Assembly (NCBI GenBank): GCA_000934665.2
Contig: JYFJ02000418.1
Location: 62,001 to 126,000, forward strand
DNA from: Catajapyx aquilonaris
Lineage: Eukaryota
Reading direction: 5' to 3'
Length of the DNA stretch: 64,000 nt
Shown: positions 1-13,487 of the stretch, piece after piece
How the letters are laid out: every line of letters begins with the position of its first letter
How positions within the stretch are numbered: position 1 is the stretch's first letter
Notes under the pieces: model-generated
Database searches by the model: none
Told to the model about the DNA's origin: nothing
The model's input: the letters and a program-made list of their open reading frames with translations, nothing else
Made by a program: the position numbers and the translations under genes

Positions 1-1815
1 AGTGTTTACTTGATGGAGAGGATCATCCTCCTAAACACCCCCGAAAAGCCCTTTTTTCCAGCTCATTATCTCACATACTCATTTGACCAGCACCGAATTG
101 CACATAGTTGCATTATGCAGTGAATATCTTCTCTAGAGTGCTGGGGGATCGCTTTTCCTTATACGAATTATCATATCAAAGAAATGCAGCTTTTTCTAAG
201 AAAAAAAAGGGCGGCTCGTGCCTGTTCACACAGGCCTTACATTTGAATGCTTGGAAAAACTTTGAAATCTGCTTAGTTGACACAAAGTCCTCGGGTACTT
301 TCGGCTCCCTGGCTTCTCTCAAAGTTAGGACTGAGCTTATAGAAAGTCACGTCCTATCCGGGACTATATATTCGGACAGTAAAGCGATCATGGGGTTTAA
401 AATCCGATTTTATCAATTCAAAGGTTGACGACCATCTAGTGAGAGTTGTGTCACATGTGTTCACACCTTCAAGTTGTTATCACCTCTGCAACAAAGAGCA
501 AACAAGAGGGAAAGTCTGTCATCTGCTGCGATATGCTCCGGGCGCATAAACGGTCATTCCCACTGACCCACTACAGTGTTGCTGGATGACAAAACAAGTC
601 TTAAGATGCTGACCAGGAGCAAAGCCATCCAACCTCCAGCAAAAGTTGAGTGACCTAGCATCAAGATGACCTTCACATTAATGACGCAGATGTAATAAAG
701 CACTAGATTTTTACTCTAATTGTCGCTCTGCACGCACAACAGCCTTTTGATGTTTCACAACCAACAATATAATTCTCCGGGTCGCATTTCTAACTTGGCA
801 AGGTGCGAAACTAAATTAATGAGTACTAAATCTATGCAAATGAGGCATCAAAGGCTGCTTTGAGGGGGGGTTTCTGTTAGAGCTTATTCCCTCAAGTCTG
901 CGACCACTTGAACCTGTCTCCGTCCCTGTGTTAGCCACACCATGTTTGCACTGAAATCATCTTCCTCGCTGCTTGGGTACACACTTTTTAAAAAACGAGT
1001 CCACCCCGCAAATGGGTCGCCCCCATATAAACAGCACACAGGGGAAATGAACCCGACAAATACATGTATTGCTACTCGGTCTGAAGTGCTCGTGTCAACA
1101 AAGCTTGTTTCGTGCCATCATAACCTAATCGTCATTACCAAATTCTTTACCAACTCAACAGCGAAAAAATTTACTCTCCGTTCATGTGGACACTACGAAT
1201 TATTCCAATTTTGCAGAATTTTGCGCACGAGTGATCTGACTTTTTTTATACATTCGGGGAGCGTGGTTTCCACCCCTCGGAGGGTGTACGGGTGAGCGAC
1301 GACCTGTCTTTGATCGGTGGTACAGTATCAAAGTGGTGAAAAAGCGGAACTGCGGCAGGTGAACCCAGCTACCAAAATCAACCCAGCTTTCCGCTTCCTT
1401 TCACTTATCTAGGGGGGCCTGTGTCCTATGATAATTTTTTATATAGGGTACATAGCCCTTATCGGCCAGCAATTCGTAAGATAAACCGACACAACAACAA
1501 TAGAAGGGCTCTAAATTCTGTTTTTTCCCTCAACACTGCCAAAAAGTAATGAGTTTTGTTCAATGATTCATATATCACGAATCAATCACCGGAATGGGCA
1601 CGAGTCCTACAAACTTGCAACCGGATCAGATGATGCCCAATTGAGAGCAGGGTGCTGAACAAAATGCCTGTTATTACACCATAAACACATACCCCAGGAC
1701 ACAGTGAACTACTGGATGAGCCTGCACGGAAAGTCAGGGCGGCGGAAAGGTGGTCAGCAAACCACAGTTCCGGCAAAGTCACTCTTGGAAAGAGAGAGAG
1801 ACGCCCTGTCCTCAC

Positions 1816-1848
1816 CTTGCCTGCTACCAACGACCTTTTCCTTGACAT
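1816..1848 (-). CDS. Candidate alternative first coding exon (MSRKRSLVAGK)
   Basis: ggcATG start, 11 codons, strong donor AAG|gtgagg in phase 0. The RKRS motif near the initiator Met recalls vertebrate Rap1GAP/Rap1GAP2 N-termini. Confidence 0.4.
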
Positions 1849-3891
1849 GCCTCGATGACTTCGGCCCAAAAATGTGGGGGTCTAATAAGCCTGCCATATG
1901 TGATGTATGCGTGTAGTGTCAGCTGTCCGGTGGTTTTGACCTGAGAATTGTGTGGGTATCCGAAATGGGATTTGATTGCTCACCCTGACTCATATGGTTT
2001 TCTTTGTCATGAGGGGATCGTCACGAGGTTATTCTTACGCCATCTTAATACCTAGATGGCTATGTTTGGCCAACCCCACGATATTGCTAAATGGCGTGAA
2101 TGCAGGCACGTACTTCCTTATAAATTATGTATTGAGAGTGGTAACAGAATAATCCGATGGTCGGTTTAGGGTCAGGCAGCACGAATCAAAAATAGTAGGT
2201 AGGCTACATTACTTATTCATACGTCAGCAACAACCACAAATAGTAATACCTAGCGCGTAATGACCTTATCCTAACAGGTAGCCAACAGATACGCCACAGC
2301 AAGTCGCAGTGTAGCATAATTACAGGGGCAATGCCTCTGCATTTTTACATAATAGTGTGACGCACAACTTTTGCTGCAAAAAGTCATAATGGAACGCTTT
2401 ATAATTATTCAACATGTTTGCATATAATGCTTCGGGTACATACGTAGTAAAGCACTGAGCAACTTTTACTCAATTTCTTCATGCAGAATTTTGTGGGTGT
2501 TTTAACTCCCCAAATTTTTCCAGCGTTCATTTAGGAAGCACTAATAGGTCTGGCCCTATAGAAACACCACGTGTGACATTTCCCTTCTATCCAGGCCTAT
2601 ATAGCAGCTACAGCTGTGGGGGGGAGGAAAAGGGAAAGCGGCTTAATTGAGATGCCGACCCGGCAGCTCCTCTCAACACCGCATGCATAATGGTAACCTA
2701 TCAGGCTAAATGCTAATTCGCAATCGATACCCAGCGAATTAGAATTCCCACCCTCTTTTGCTTATTAACAGGAAGGGCGTCAATCTGCAGGGACATTTTC
2801 CATGGACTGCGTGTCGTCCATGCATGGCCCAGAGATGGGGGGGCCTCTTTTCACACAAAATAATGAAGGCAGGATTTTGCGGGTCGGCCTTTGGGGCATC
2901 GATCTATCTGCACCCGGATTAGCCCAGAATTCATTTCCCCCCCTCTGTAAAACCATCAAACGGGTCCGGTTTTACGGGGTATGCAATGTCGCGTGTGTCT
3001 CTCTGTGTGTAACTGGGGGATGCTGTCAAAGGGAATCAATTGGGTGTCCCCATGTACGTCTTGTTTTTGGGTCCGTTTTAATCAGGCGTGGGTGAATCAA
3101 ATACGGTAACGAAGCCTTGAGACTGCTCGATTGGATATGGACGAAGGTACACAACCTCTTCTGGCAGATTCTGCACAGAATCCCCAAGGATCTATCCTCG
3201 AGGCGAATAAAAACTGACTGCTGGGCGTCCTTGAGGGCAAACAGGCGGGACCTGCCCTAAAACTCACCCCGTTTCAAGTTTACATAGTACCGGTACAAGG
3301 GGCGCACAAATGTATGGGGATCATTTATCCAAATTGACCCTCTGCTGCGTCCAAATGTGCTCATTCATATGTGCATCGCATCCGCGCATCTAGGCAGCAT
3401 ATGTTGTATTTCACTGTATGGCGCAATATTTGAAGCTGGCAAAACCAAAACACAGCCCTAATGATGAAACTGTTCATTTAAGCCGGTTGGCATAGACGTT
3501 AATTGTAATTAATGAGGATGTAATGTACACCCTGAGAGGGATGAAAGACTAACAGTATTCATAACAGAAGCCTCAGTTTCGCTGGCTAATAGTCCAGTTA
3601 GTAAGAACTGCACGCTTAATCAGCCTAATTGCCCCAAACTAATCGCAATAGAGCAGTGATATTTTTCTGAAAATATTTTTTCTGCTCCATTTCAGGAGTT
3701 ATGTGCACCCTTGTATCTCTGATATGACCGCACCCTTCACGCAATGTATCGTACACAATCCCTATCAATTCTCATTTGATCCGATTATACAGTAGTCGCC
3801 TTGAAACCAGCTCGTATATCACAAACCCCAGTAGGAGTTGGTTTACTACCGTCTCGACCAAAATAATTATGCCCACTGAGACACAACCCAC

Positions 3892-4008
3892 CTTCTTCTT
3901 CGGATTCATGTTAACCCTGGGATGCTGGTCATCTCCCATCCACCTGGACCAGGACCAACAATAGCGAGTCCTCTCAGTGTCCGCCCGCACCATCCACGCC
4001 ACTTCCAT
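3892..4008 (-). CDS. Candidate alternative first coding exon (MEVAW...MGDDQHPRVNMNPKKK)
   Basis: 39 open codons ending at donor AAG|gtgggt in phase 0; CCAAT box (ccaatcagc) at 4085-4093 upstream. Confidence 0.3.
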
Positions 4009-6247
4009 CTCTTCTGACGACTAAAAAACCTTTTTTGTCTGTTCCGTTCTGCTCCTGCAACTCGGCCTCCCCAAGAGTCCTCAACCAATCAGCAGCCTCC
4101 TTTTTTATGTACAGTGTGTGTTATAGAGGGGCTAGGCAGCATAAGGGACGCGTCTCACACTGGTTCTGCCATCACACAATACAATGAACGCTTCCGGTTT
4201 ATTTATCCAGGCGAGCGAGCGACGTTCAATAGGAACAGGGTGCGCACAAAAAAAACATAACAATAACAAGTACACATGATGTTAGAGCAATATTAACCTA
4301 TATGGAGGTGCGACAAGGGCATCGACCTGCCAATACGTATTTTTGGACAGAAAACACGATTTTGCTTGATTGGGAGGCAGTAGGCCACAAGGGCAGTTGG
4401 TTGGGTTCGGCAACCTCAAAGATTCCTAAGCAAAGGCATCAGCCTCCAGTAAACAACAAAAAACCGGGTGTTATTTGGTTGTCCAGCCAGATGCCAAGAC
4501 CACAGCACTGGGCCAGCAAGGGTCCAAACTGGATCCGTTTTCGATTATGAGCCGGCTCATTAACTCCTTTTTTTTTGCAGAAGCCACCTGAATTGGCAGT
4601 CTTGCTTTTTAAAAAAATGCAATCTTGTATTAGTATACACGCCGAATTATCACGGATTTTTTTTAATGAGTCGGAAGTGTTAATGAGCAGTCCATTTGAT
4701 AACAGCGGTGTGTAAAAATGAACACACGTACGGTTAGAAGCGTTAATTTAACCCTACATAGGTACCGTATGTGGCTACACACATATCACGCTGACAATGG
4801 TGTACGTCGGGACAAGGTCGTACCACCCTCATTAGAGCAACGTCCGAGAACTGAGGGTAATTGCTCACGTAGCTTCTTACCGTAACAATACACTATTCTT
4901 GCGCATTCCGTGAAGCCAGGGACATCTGCACGTGCGACTGTACGGTACATCCTAAAATATATAAGTTCAAAAATATATGGTATAGCACGACCACCTGAAA
5001 CTTTTCTTCATTCAAGCCTGCATTGATAATGGTCAGTGACATATCACTGGTCACGTCCCTAATTATTCAACAGGTGCAATCTGTTCCGTTACACCCGCCG
5101 TGCAATTAGCAACCAAGCGTGCATGTGAATCGGCCAATTAATCTGATATCTACGATCAATAACAGCATCAAAAGCCAGACGGGAAGAAAACGCATCTCCA
5201 GGTGTACGAAACTGTCCCCTGAAGGTATCCCGCCCACTCTTATAAAACAATCTGCAATATGGCGACACGTCCTCTCAAAAACGTGCAAAACCTCAAGGAC
5301 CGGTACCGATGGTCCTAACGACAAACTTTCCCCATTTTGCACGGCCAATCGATTCTACCACCAAAAAACCAACCCACAGTATTTTATTATGTACCTTTCA
5401 CTGCCCCAGTTCTATCCAGTACGGACCTTTTGAATCCGTAAGGCCACAAAGTTGCGTGATGAGAATGGGGTGACTTTTGGTCAAAACACTCGGTGGCGTA
5501 ATAACACTGTTCTTACAGGAGAGTTGGTCCACTTTGTACCGTATTAATTCTCACGCGTGTTCCTACAAGCTCGTTATGCGGTTATGGCGAGAGCCTTTTA
5601 CGAGTCAGGAACGTGCTCGATATTTTAACAGCGATTCGTTGCATCGGGGAGTTAGGAAATGATGGATAAGGGCAAGGTCAGGTGTGTCCGCAGGGGATGT
5701 ACCGGTACACAAAATTGATTATTGGGAGTGCGATCAGAATTATATAGCACAGTGGTACCTAGAGAAAGTGTCCGTACTCGTGGGGGTTAAACATGCAAAG
5801 GGCATCGCCCCGGGGCATGCCCCGAGTGCGAGAGGTTCGAATTTTCCAGAGTGGTTTATGGCGGCACAATCGCCGTGGTCTGCGACAGATGGCTGGACAA
5901 GCGTCAACACAACCTGCACCCCTCCCCCCATGTCACATATCAGAAAAAAGCGCCCTCTCCCCCCTACCAGTATGATTAATGTGCGACGCCAGATTTTTCA
6001 GCTTGTCCGACGTCTATATTCCATGTCGCCAATATAACCCGCACTTTGTCATCGACGCGTTTCAATTTAGCCTCGCCTTATATACTCTGCAGGAAATAAT
6101 TAAAGCGTGTGTTAGTTAAACAACCTTTATGAATACGGCAGAGTTCTTCGACCGTGTCTTCGGATTGTAAAAGTACGTTTTGATGCCGATGTATGGCGTG
6201 CTTGGCTTGAGTAGCTTCAGAAGGTGGCGAAGTTTACCTGGCCTTAC

Positions 6248-6286
6248 CTGTAAAGCGTGGTCGAAAGGGCCGAAGCACCACGCCAC
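6248..6286 (-). CDS. Candidate 39-nt exon (VAWCFGPFDHALQ) or recursive splice site
   Basis: gtcaacag|GTG...TTACAG|gtaagg; phase 0-0 and open. The acceptor is weak, and the 'exon' is itself pyrimidine-rich, so the site could instead be an AG|GT ratchet point. Confidence 0.28.
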
Positions 6287-7727
6287 CTGTTGACTACCAC
6301 TAAAACTACATGTAAGAAACAACCCACTAGTCGCCTTGAATTTAAAAAAACACAAAAACAGGTTTTGCGGTCCGACCAAAAAAACAAACAACCAGAGCAT
6401 AACATGCTCATATGTATGTCCGGCGTACTTCTCATCAAAATGCATTGCGATCGAATAAGCGAGGGGACGCTAATTCCTGATAGGGAACAAAATTGAAACA
6501 TTTGGTGGCGTATAGGGGGGAGGCCAAATTACAAGCCATAATGTGACAAATTTACGCAGCCGCCTGCGTATATACGCGCCCTCAAAAAATGCGAGAGTGT
6601 GGGTTCATATCTGGCGGATATGCGGCCCCCAAATTCATTTACAGGTTTAGTTTCGCTAATTACAGATATTGCAAAAAAAAAAATGGGAATGACGGGACGT
6701 CACTGATACAATTCGCGTCGGCGCCACAGATTATTTTAATAAGTCGGACAGTGGGCGCTTTAGGCACGTTAGGTTTACAAACGAGGCTATCACTCCGTAT
6801 CAAGGGGGGGGGCTTGCCGGAAATAATTCTGCATATCTTGAGGCATGCTTAAATATTCTGGAGAGGCGTTGCTCTGAATACAGGTGACAGCCGCCCAACA
6901 AATGGTGTAATAATAACCACCCACGCCTCGTGTATTAGGCTTCAAAAGGTAATACTTAATCGGCCTGCTGACGTCTCGAATCAAATTGGCCAGCCATCTT
7001 CCTGTAAGCCTAACCCTGCCATCATACGAAACTTAGAAGGAAAATGGGATGTCTCAAGGTTGCCTGCAATTATCATTTGTTACGCCATAGATAGGCCGAT
7101 TGTTGTTCACACATGACATCATATCGCTCACTTTTTCCGCCTTACAGATCAAGAAGGGTGGAATATTTTGGCATTTAACTTCCAGTACTTTGTAAATATT
7201 CAGGCCACGTGCTTTTTTAACAGCTGCCAAGAAAATACTCGTGTGTAAAATGACACCAATAGTCAACGTGACACCGTACCAATAATAATTAACCTTATTC
7301 ATAAATTCAAAGCGCGATTTTGCCAAGTTGAATTATTCAAGTCTGCAATTATGAAACCATCAGGCGCCCATTTCCTTGTCAGAACCACTATGCCCAAATT
7401 GTTACGTTTTCATTTTATACTTGTACTGTAGTAAGTCCCCGCTAGGGACATCAGAAAAGTCAACGTTGCAATAACCACACATTTCAACACACACACGTCG
7501 ATATCTTCACCCGCCTTATTTCCCTGGAGCCGCCATCAATCATACATAAGCAATGGTTTTCCTCTCATATTCTCAGCATCAGATCCAGGCCTTGGGCCAA
7601 AGGGAGGTTCCCAGCTCCCCAAACCACATGGGCGGACCTTTTTGTCCACATATACGTCTCAAGACGTTATCTCAACAGATAGGGACGGTAAAACAAGAGA
7701 GGGTGAAAAAAATAAGGCACAACAAAC

Positions 7728-7820
7728 CTGAGTGAAGTAGGCTGGCAGCACACATCTTTGGTCGTCCAATCGGCTGTTTTGAAGCCGCTCCAGTAGTTCA
7801 AACAGGTCCTGAGTTGTGCC
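7728..7820 (-). CDS. Rap1gap: GoLoco-motif exon of a Rap1 GTPase-activating protein (GTTQDLFELLERLQNSRLDDQRCVLPAYFTQ)
   Basis: Acceptor ttcctttacag|, donor CAG|gtttgt, 93 nt, phase 0-0. The peptide is a canonical GoLoco motif (DLFELL..LQ.SRLDDQR with the acidic-Gln-Arg triad). The QRCVLP continuation resembles Rap1GAP N-termini (human Rap1GAP has DLFEMIEKMQGSRMDEQRC). No GAP domain lies in the window, so the family call rests on this motif. Confidence 0.88.
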
Positions 7821-10800
7821 CTGTAAAGGAATTGCCCAAAAAATCATTGCGTGATGAAGTCATAATAGCATGGTGCCATATTGCGTGGGTTTCAAGACCA
7901 GAAAAAAGGAGGACTCCTACACTACACGCAGGCCTGTAATGCGGGCAATCAAGGTTGGTTGCCTACAACCCAGGATACTATATTTTATTCGCGATTTTGA
8001 CCGTTTAAAAAAAGGGCTATTTGTGCACATTTTTCGGGTCGTGTTGTAGAAAATGGAAATCATGAGGAAGTCCACTGCGGACTTTGCCTGAACTTTCAAT
8101 TTCCGCTCACGTGCTCGGTCACCCGGAGACCCACCAATCTGCATTTTGATTGGGGTCTGCCATTTGCCACGTCGTATAACTTCGGGGCTAGTAGAGCATG
8201 AGGGCTCTTCCTCCCGACCGCAATTTCAAACTTGCAGAATTTTAAACTGCACGAGTGTGCACTATGTACAGAGGAATTTTCGTTCTACTGCTAGTTACTA
8301 TTAACTTCGCAGTAACTAGCAATGGGACAAACAAGTGTCTTTCTTTAAGGATTTATCGACATGTCTGTTGGACTACTATTGCACAAGTGTACGAATTTCC
8401 CTGCCATGTGTGTGCCAACCCAATTAATTTTTCCACACAGTATTGACGCTAAGAATGCGTTTATTCGTGCCCAAATTGCGATCGAACTATAGGGCCCAGA
8501 CAGGTACTTCCTGGCTCCCAACCCCGAAGAGAGTACCGCAAACAATTGAAATTATCGACGAGGCGTTTCCACGAGGCCGACTAATTAAGCTATTAATATT
8601 TCCATGCTATTACTCCCCGGGCAGTTATACGGTAGGAATAATTGAGACCAAGGGGATCTTTTTTTGATGTCAGTCACATACTGCGTGAGGTTCGTCCATA
8701 CGTTAGAGTTCTCATGGTTGAAAAGAAAATAAGAGAAAAGATGACCAGATTGGGAGGGGGGGATTTTCGTTGATGGTCACTAACATGGCGGTGACATATG
8801 CGTGCTCCTCTTTGCGTGTGCTTTGCTGAGGAAGCAAAATTGAGGTTCCAGGCAAGGGAAAAAAGGGAGAGATTGAGATCGGTTTCTGTGGGGACGTAGG
8901 TATGGAACCAACTCTAGAAGCAAATTGTACAAAGGCGATAACTCGTTCTCTTGATTATTCTGCTGAGTAATGAGACATGCGAGCCAGAATGTGCATAATT
9001 AACTTCAATTTTGGAGAAACGTACGGGACACGAGCTACTTAAACGGCAGGTTCTTGGGACAAAGTAGTATTTTTTTTCCTCAGAAAATAAAACTTTTCAC
9101 AGCAGAATCAAATGACCAGTTTGATGAAGGTAAAAAAATTCCGATTGTCTCGTGAATACTGTACATAATTGAAGGTTTTTCCAAGACTTAACAGAGACTG
9201 GGGGACCGTTATGTGAAATCAAATTAAGAGGAAAATTTATGATCAAGCATTGTGAATACCTATAATCTAAGATTTTTAAAAATTTGCTTACATGTGCAAT
9301 CAGCCTTAAGTCAGTGACCAGATTAAGTACACCTGTAATCATACTCGCAATCAACTGCAATATTCAGGTGTAAATAGTGCACTCTTTCCTGCCATTGACG
9401 TCACAAGAAAAAGCGTGCGCACAAAGGAAATGAGAACGGACGCCCTCAACATCATTACAAAATTGCTTTTGTCTTCGTATTAGAGTTTCCACCATGAGGC
9501 AGCAATAATAATGGTCATCATTTCCCTAATGATCCTCTTCCACTGCTTCGAGCCAACCCTTGCGATGTTGATAGCCGGTGAACATTATACTTGTCCAAAC
9601 TTCGTGCACGATTTTCCCATTTTCATGTGGCCAAATAGAAGAGCCCGCAAATCCAAAAATTTGAGTTTAGCAAAATTACTATCGCACTCTCTGGAGAAAC
9701 CACCGGTTTGCTATCTTTTAATTCAATAATACAGAATCGGCACAAGCTCCGTGCGGTCTGAGAGAGAAAAAAAATGTCTGTTGTTAAATAGCTATTGTAG
9801 TTGTTGTTCATAGTTGTTGGTTAACTAATATTTGAGCTGCACAAACTTCCCGATTATGCATTTGTATGTACCTTGCCATGCAAATCAGAATGCACTATTT
9901 AATTTTGAAAAATATAATATCAATTTTATTAAGCCATGCATCAGTTTATACGAGGCCATCAAGCAAAGGGAACCGACTTTACAACCCAAGTATTATTTAA
10001 AAACCGGCCGGGTGGCAGGTCCCTAAAATTCGGAGAAAAATCCCTCCATAAATTCCAAGACACTTTACCTCATTCCGTCCAAATCTAATCGATTTAACAT
10101 CCTGCAGGCTTGCGTAATAAAATTATTATTCCAGCCGGTCATCCAGCTAATGACCTCTATACAGATACACACACTAATGACTTGCAATTCTCTGAACAAT
10201 GCCCATATGAGTGGGCCCTTACAAACGCACCATTTGCAAGTGGTGCCCACTTGAACCCTCACGAGGTCATCCCAAGCAACGAGAGGAAGACATAATAATA
10301 ATTTCGGCCACAGCCGGTGACTTGCAAAGCATCGGAGGCTTGATAAGGAAATTCGCGGGCTCATTACGGCCGTAATTCATTGGTAGGGGCCAACGCGGAA
10401 GACATGTCGTGTGACCAAATTGGCAGGTGGTTACTTTGCTTCCAGCAATTGTTCGGCTCCAATGCATGGGCTGGGTACGTTCAACAATGCGGCGAGGTTT
10501 TTGTCGCCCTGGCACGTGACCTGTTTAGAGAGCAAGTACAATTTGGACCCACACCACATGTCCAAATTTTTCTAAACCTCTCCATGACTTTCTGCCGACT
10601 GCGATACCCTTGTTGCCAACAGTGCCTCAATCACGCTTTTTTTTTTGTTCGAAATGCTCGTCCTGCCATAATTTATTCCCAACAACGCTCAATATGCAAA
10701 TTGCATTCATTTCCAGTTCCATAAAATGCCTTTTGTGCTTCGTCCCCTCTTGAAAAAAAAGGAGAGCAGCCAGAGAAAAATCGGCGGAGGAAAAGCATTT

Positions 10801-12146
10801 ACTATTATTATTATTCACAAGCCATGCCATTGATTTTTGGGGCAACTGTCGCAAGTTGTGTAACAATATACCGTATGTATGTGTGAATATTTTTACCAAG
10901 AAATAATCACATCTGATGAATCCTATCAATGATGTATGATCAGATAATATCCTGCCAAAGATCAACTTTGCACATATGACGTGTAATGACCTCAGATACC
11001 CTTACAAAGCATACAATCGGTTCGACCAACTGGGCTTAATCAGCTTTCATCACGCCTTCGTCCATTTAGGATGAGTCTCGATACACAGATGAGAGAGAAC
11101 CCCACCCTTTTCCTTCTTCCCACAACACTTTTCGCTATCAGATATCGCTTTGCAAGCAACATGATACCAAACGTTACCAGATGATATGATATACCCCCGT
11201 CCTCTCCCAATTTGGGTTGCCAATAACTCCTCCTCATGAATTAAAATGACCTGTTGACGTTATCCAATGAATATCTATGGCTACTCTATTTTTATGAGGG
11301 AATTATTATTGCTCTACTGGTAGTTGCTGCTGTGTAATAACACAACAATGCCAGCAGTGCATTGCCTCCCATTTGAGCCTTCGTGCACTAACCCTGATTT
11401 TTATGACAGACTGTAAATTTTTGAGTGAAAGATTCCTTGTCCTGCAAGCAAAAATGCAGGGTCCAAAAAAATACCGTCACATCCTCCCTGTATTGCGCCT
11501 GACAGGAAAATTACTTTGCAAATTTCATTTCAGTCCTTTTGAATAAACAGTGGCGACGCCTGCAGAATGTTAAATCGATTTCATATGGGGTTGGCATCTG
11601 CAAGGGGTGCCCTTGTTTCCTTCCACCCCCTATATACCCCTCCCTTCCTTCCTACTTTTTAAACATTCGGTGTGATTTAGAGACCCCCACAGATTCTGTT
11701 AGCTTTTTGGATTTTGCCCGAAAATCCAGCTCGAATATTGGTTCCTGATCCCAAATATCAGCCCTTCCTGTTTTATTCAAGATTTTTTTTAGAAAAAAAA
11801 AATATAAATAGGACGTGACCCGCCCTTTGCTTGCAATGACCCAACCTTACATCATCATTTTCAGTACTTAGTATCTAATCACATCGCAATTGGTTAATTT
11901 CAGGTCTCGATTCCTGGTGGCCTTCAAGTGCAACATCTGCTCTGAATAAAGGCAAGGTTCCGCCTGACATCAAACACTTCGACGTGTCCGCCAGTTGTGG
12001 CCGTTGATAAATTACAGGCCTTCGTTCTTGGGGGCGCTTATAATTGGCCATTAATGAAATTTACGGAGTCAAATAAACCCACGTGATTTTTATTTACGTC
12101 ATGCACCAATTAGCGTTTAGAACAAACAGAAACAAAATGGACATAC

Positions 12147-12228
12147 CTTGACTTTATCTTGGTTCTCTGCATCTCCTGAGTCACTGGTCTTTCCTGGACA
12201 GCTCAACTGACTGTCCATCGGCTGCTTC
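12147..12228 (-). CDS. Rap1gap: Internal exon of the Rap1GAP-family gene (KQPMDSQLSCPGKTSDSGDAENQDKVK)
   Basis: Acceptor cttctgttgttgcag|G, donor AAG|gtatgt, 82 nt. Open as phase 2 in / phase 0 out, which matches the phase-0 GoLoco exon downstream. Contains an in-frame ATG at 12218. Confidence 0.65.
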
Positions 12229-13472
12229 CTGCAACAACAGAAGTCAAGATTGTTATCATCACCAATTAGGCTATCAACACCTACACTTTGCAATAAAATT
12301 GCGATAACAGAAATTTTATAACGCGCAAATTATGGCTTCCTAGAGGTCACAGGCCTCTATAGAGCAGGACCTATATTGAGTTCTCAAATCCAATTTTCTT
12401 CCCATCACTGTTTTCCAATCACAGGAAGAAACTTGGTGCTACAAATATCTCACATTTCGCGGTCCGTTTTTACGAGCTTGGCTTTCAATTTTCTGGCGCA
12501 CTGCTCGAAAATTGGGAAGTTTTTTTTTTGCCTCAACTGGGGTCCATAGATTAAGGGAAAGTTTTTCGGGTATAAAATGGGACTTAAGAAGGCCAGTTCC
12601 AGTTCTATCTAGCAGAATAGTCCACTTTGTCTACTTCTCGCATAAATCGCAAAATGTCAGTTGGAAAAAAAAAGTTTGCTGATTTTTATCGAAGCTATCG
12701 ATTTCGATGCTGAACTTGGGCTCATCAATTACTTCTTAGTTTTGAGACCGGTTCTGAAACTGCAATTGAAAGTGACTTTTAGACTGCCCCTAGGGTTACT
12801 CCCATAAACCCACATTTTCTGGGCGTAATACTGTTTCGAAATGGTTCCCCTGGCAATTCCACCTTATGAAAACTTGGTGTAGTATACATCTGCGGGGAAA
12901 AAATATATTTTGCAAAATATTCCGGAAGTGGGTCATACCGGTGCGAATCGTGTCACATGCATCGCCCACATGCAATGTTTCATAATGAGGAAAAGGTGTG
13001 AGAACCGATCTCTAGAGAAACAGCCTTCGACCCAATAGAGTTTGACGTATTGTTGTCCTCGGGGCGACTAAAGGGCGTTGCATTGTAGAGCAAGCCATGC
13101 CGAACTTCACACACAAAAATGAGGGAAGGCAAATGCCCATTGACCTTCGTTGGACCAAACTTTTACCACGAGAGTAACCAAGGTCCCATGCGTCCAGTTC
13201 CGGAGCCATTACCGCCTTTTTAGACCCCCCCGGAATAACGACGCCGACGTATATCCGCATAAATTACACCCAATCTGATGGTATGTCACCGGAGCTCTAC
13301 AAAACCATCTTTTCCTCAGCCCTTGACATGAACCCGCAATGCGACAGTGTATATTGTACCGCAAAAAAAATCGAGTCTTAATTATATGTGCAGTACAATT
13401 CGGCACGACCGATTGTTGCGGATAATTTAAGATCCAGATGGCCTTGATTCCTTCCGAACCCCACTGACTTAC

Positions 13473-13487
13473 AGCCACTTCTCAAGG
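13473..13487 (-). CDS. Candidate 15-nt microexon of the Rap1GAP-family gene (phase 2-2; replaces R with SLEKWL)
   Basis: attgtttttacag|CCTTGAGAAGTGGCT|gtaagt. Strong acceptor and consensus donor 15 nt apart; stop-free in the phase required by the flanking exons. Confidence 0.35.
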
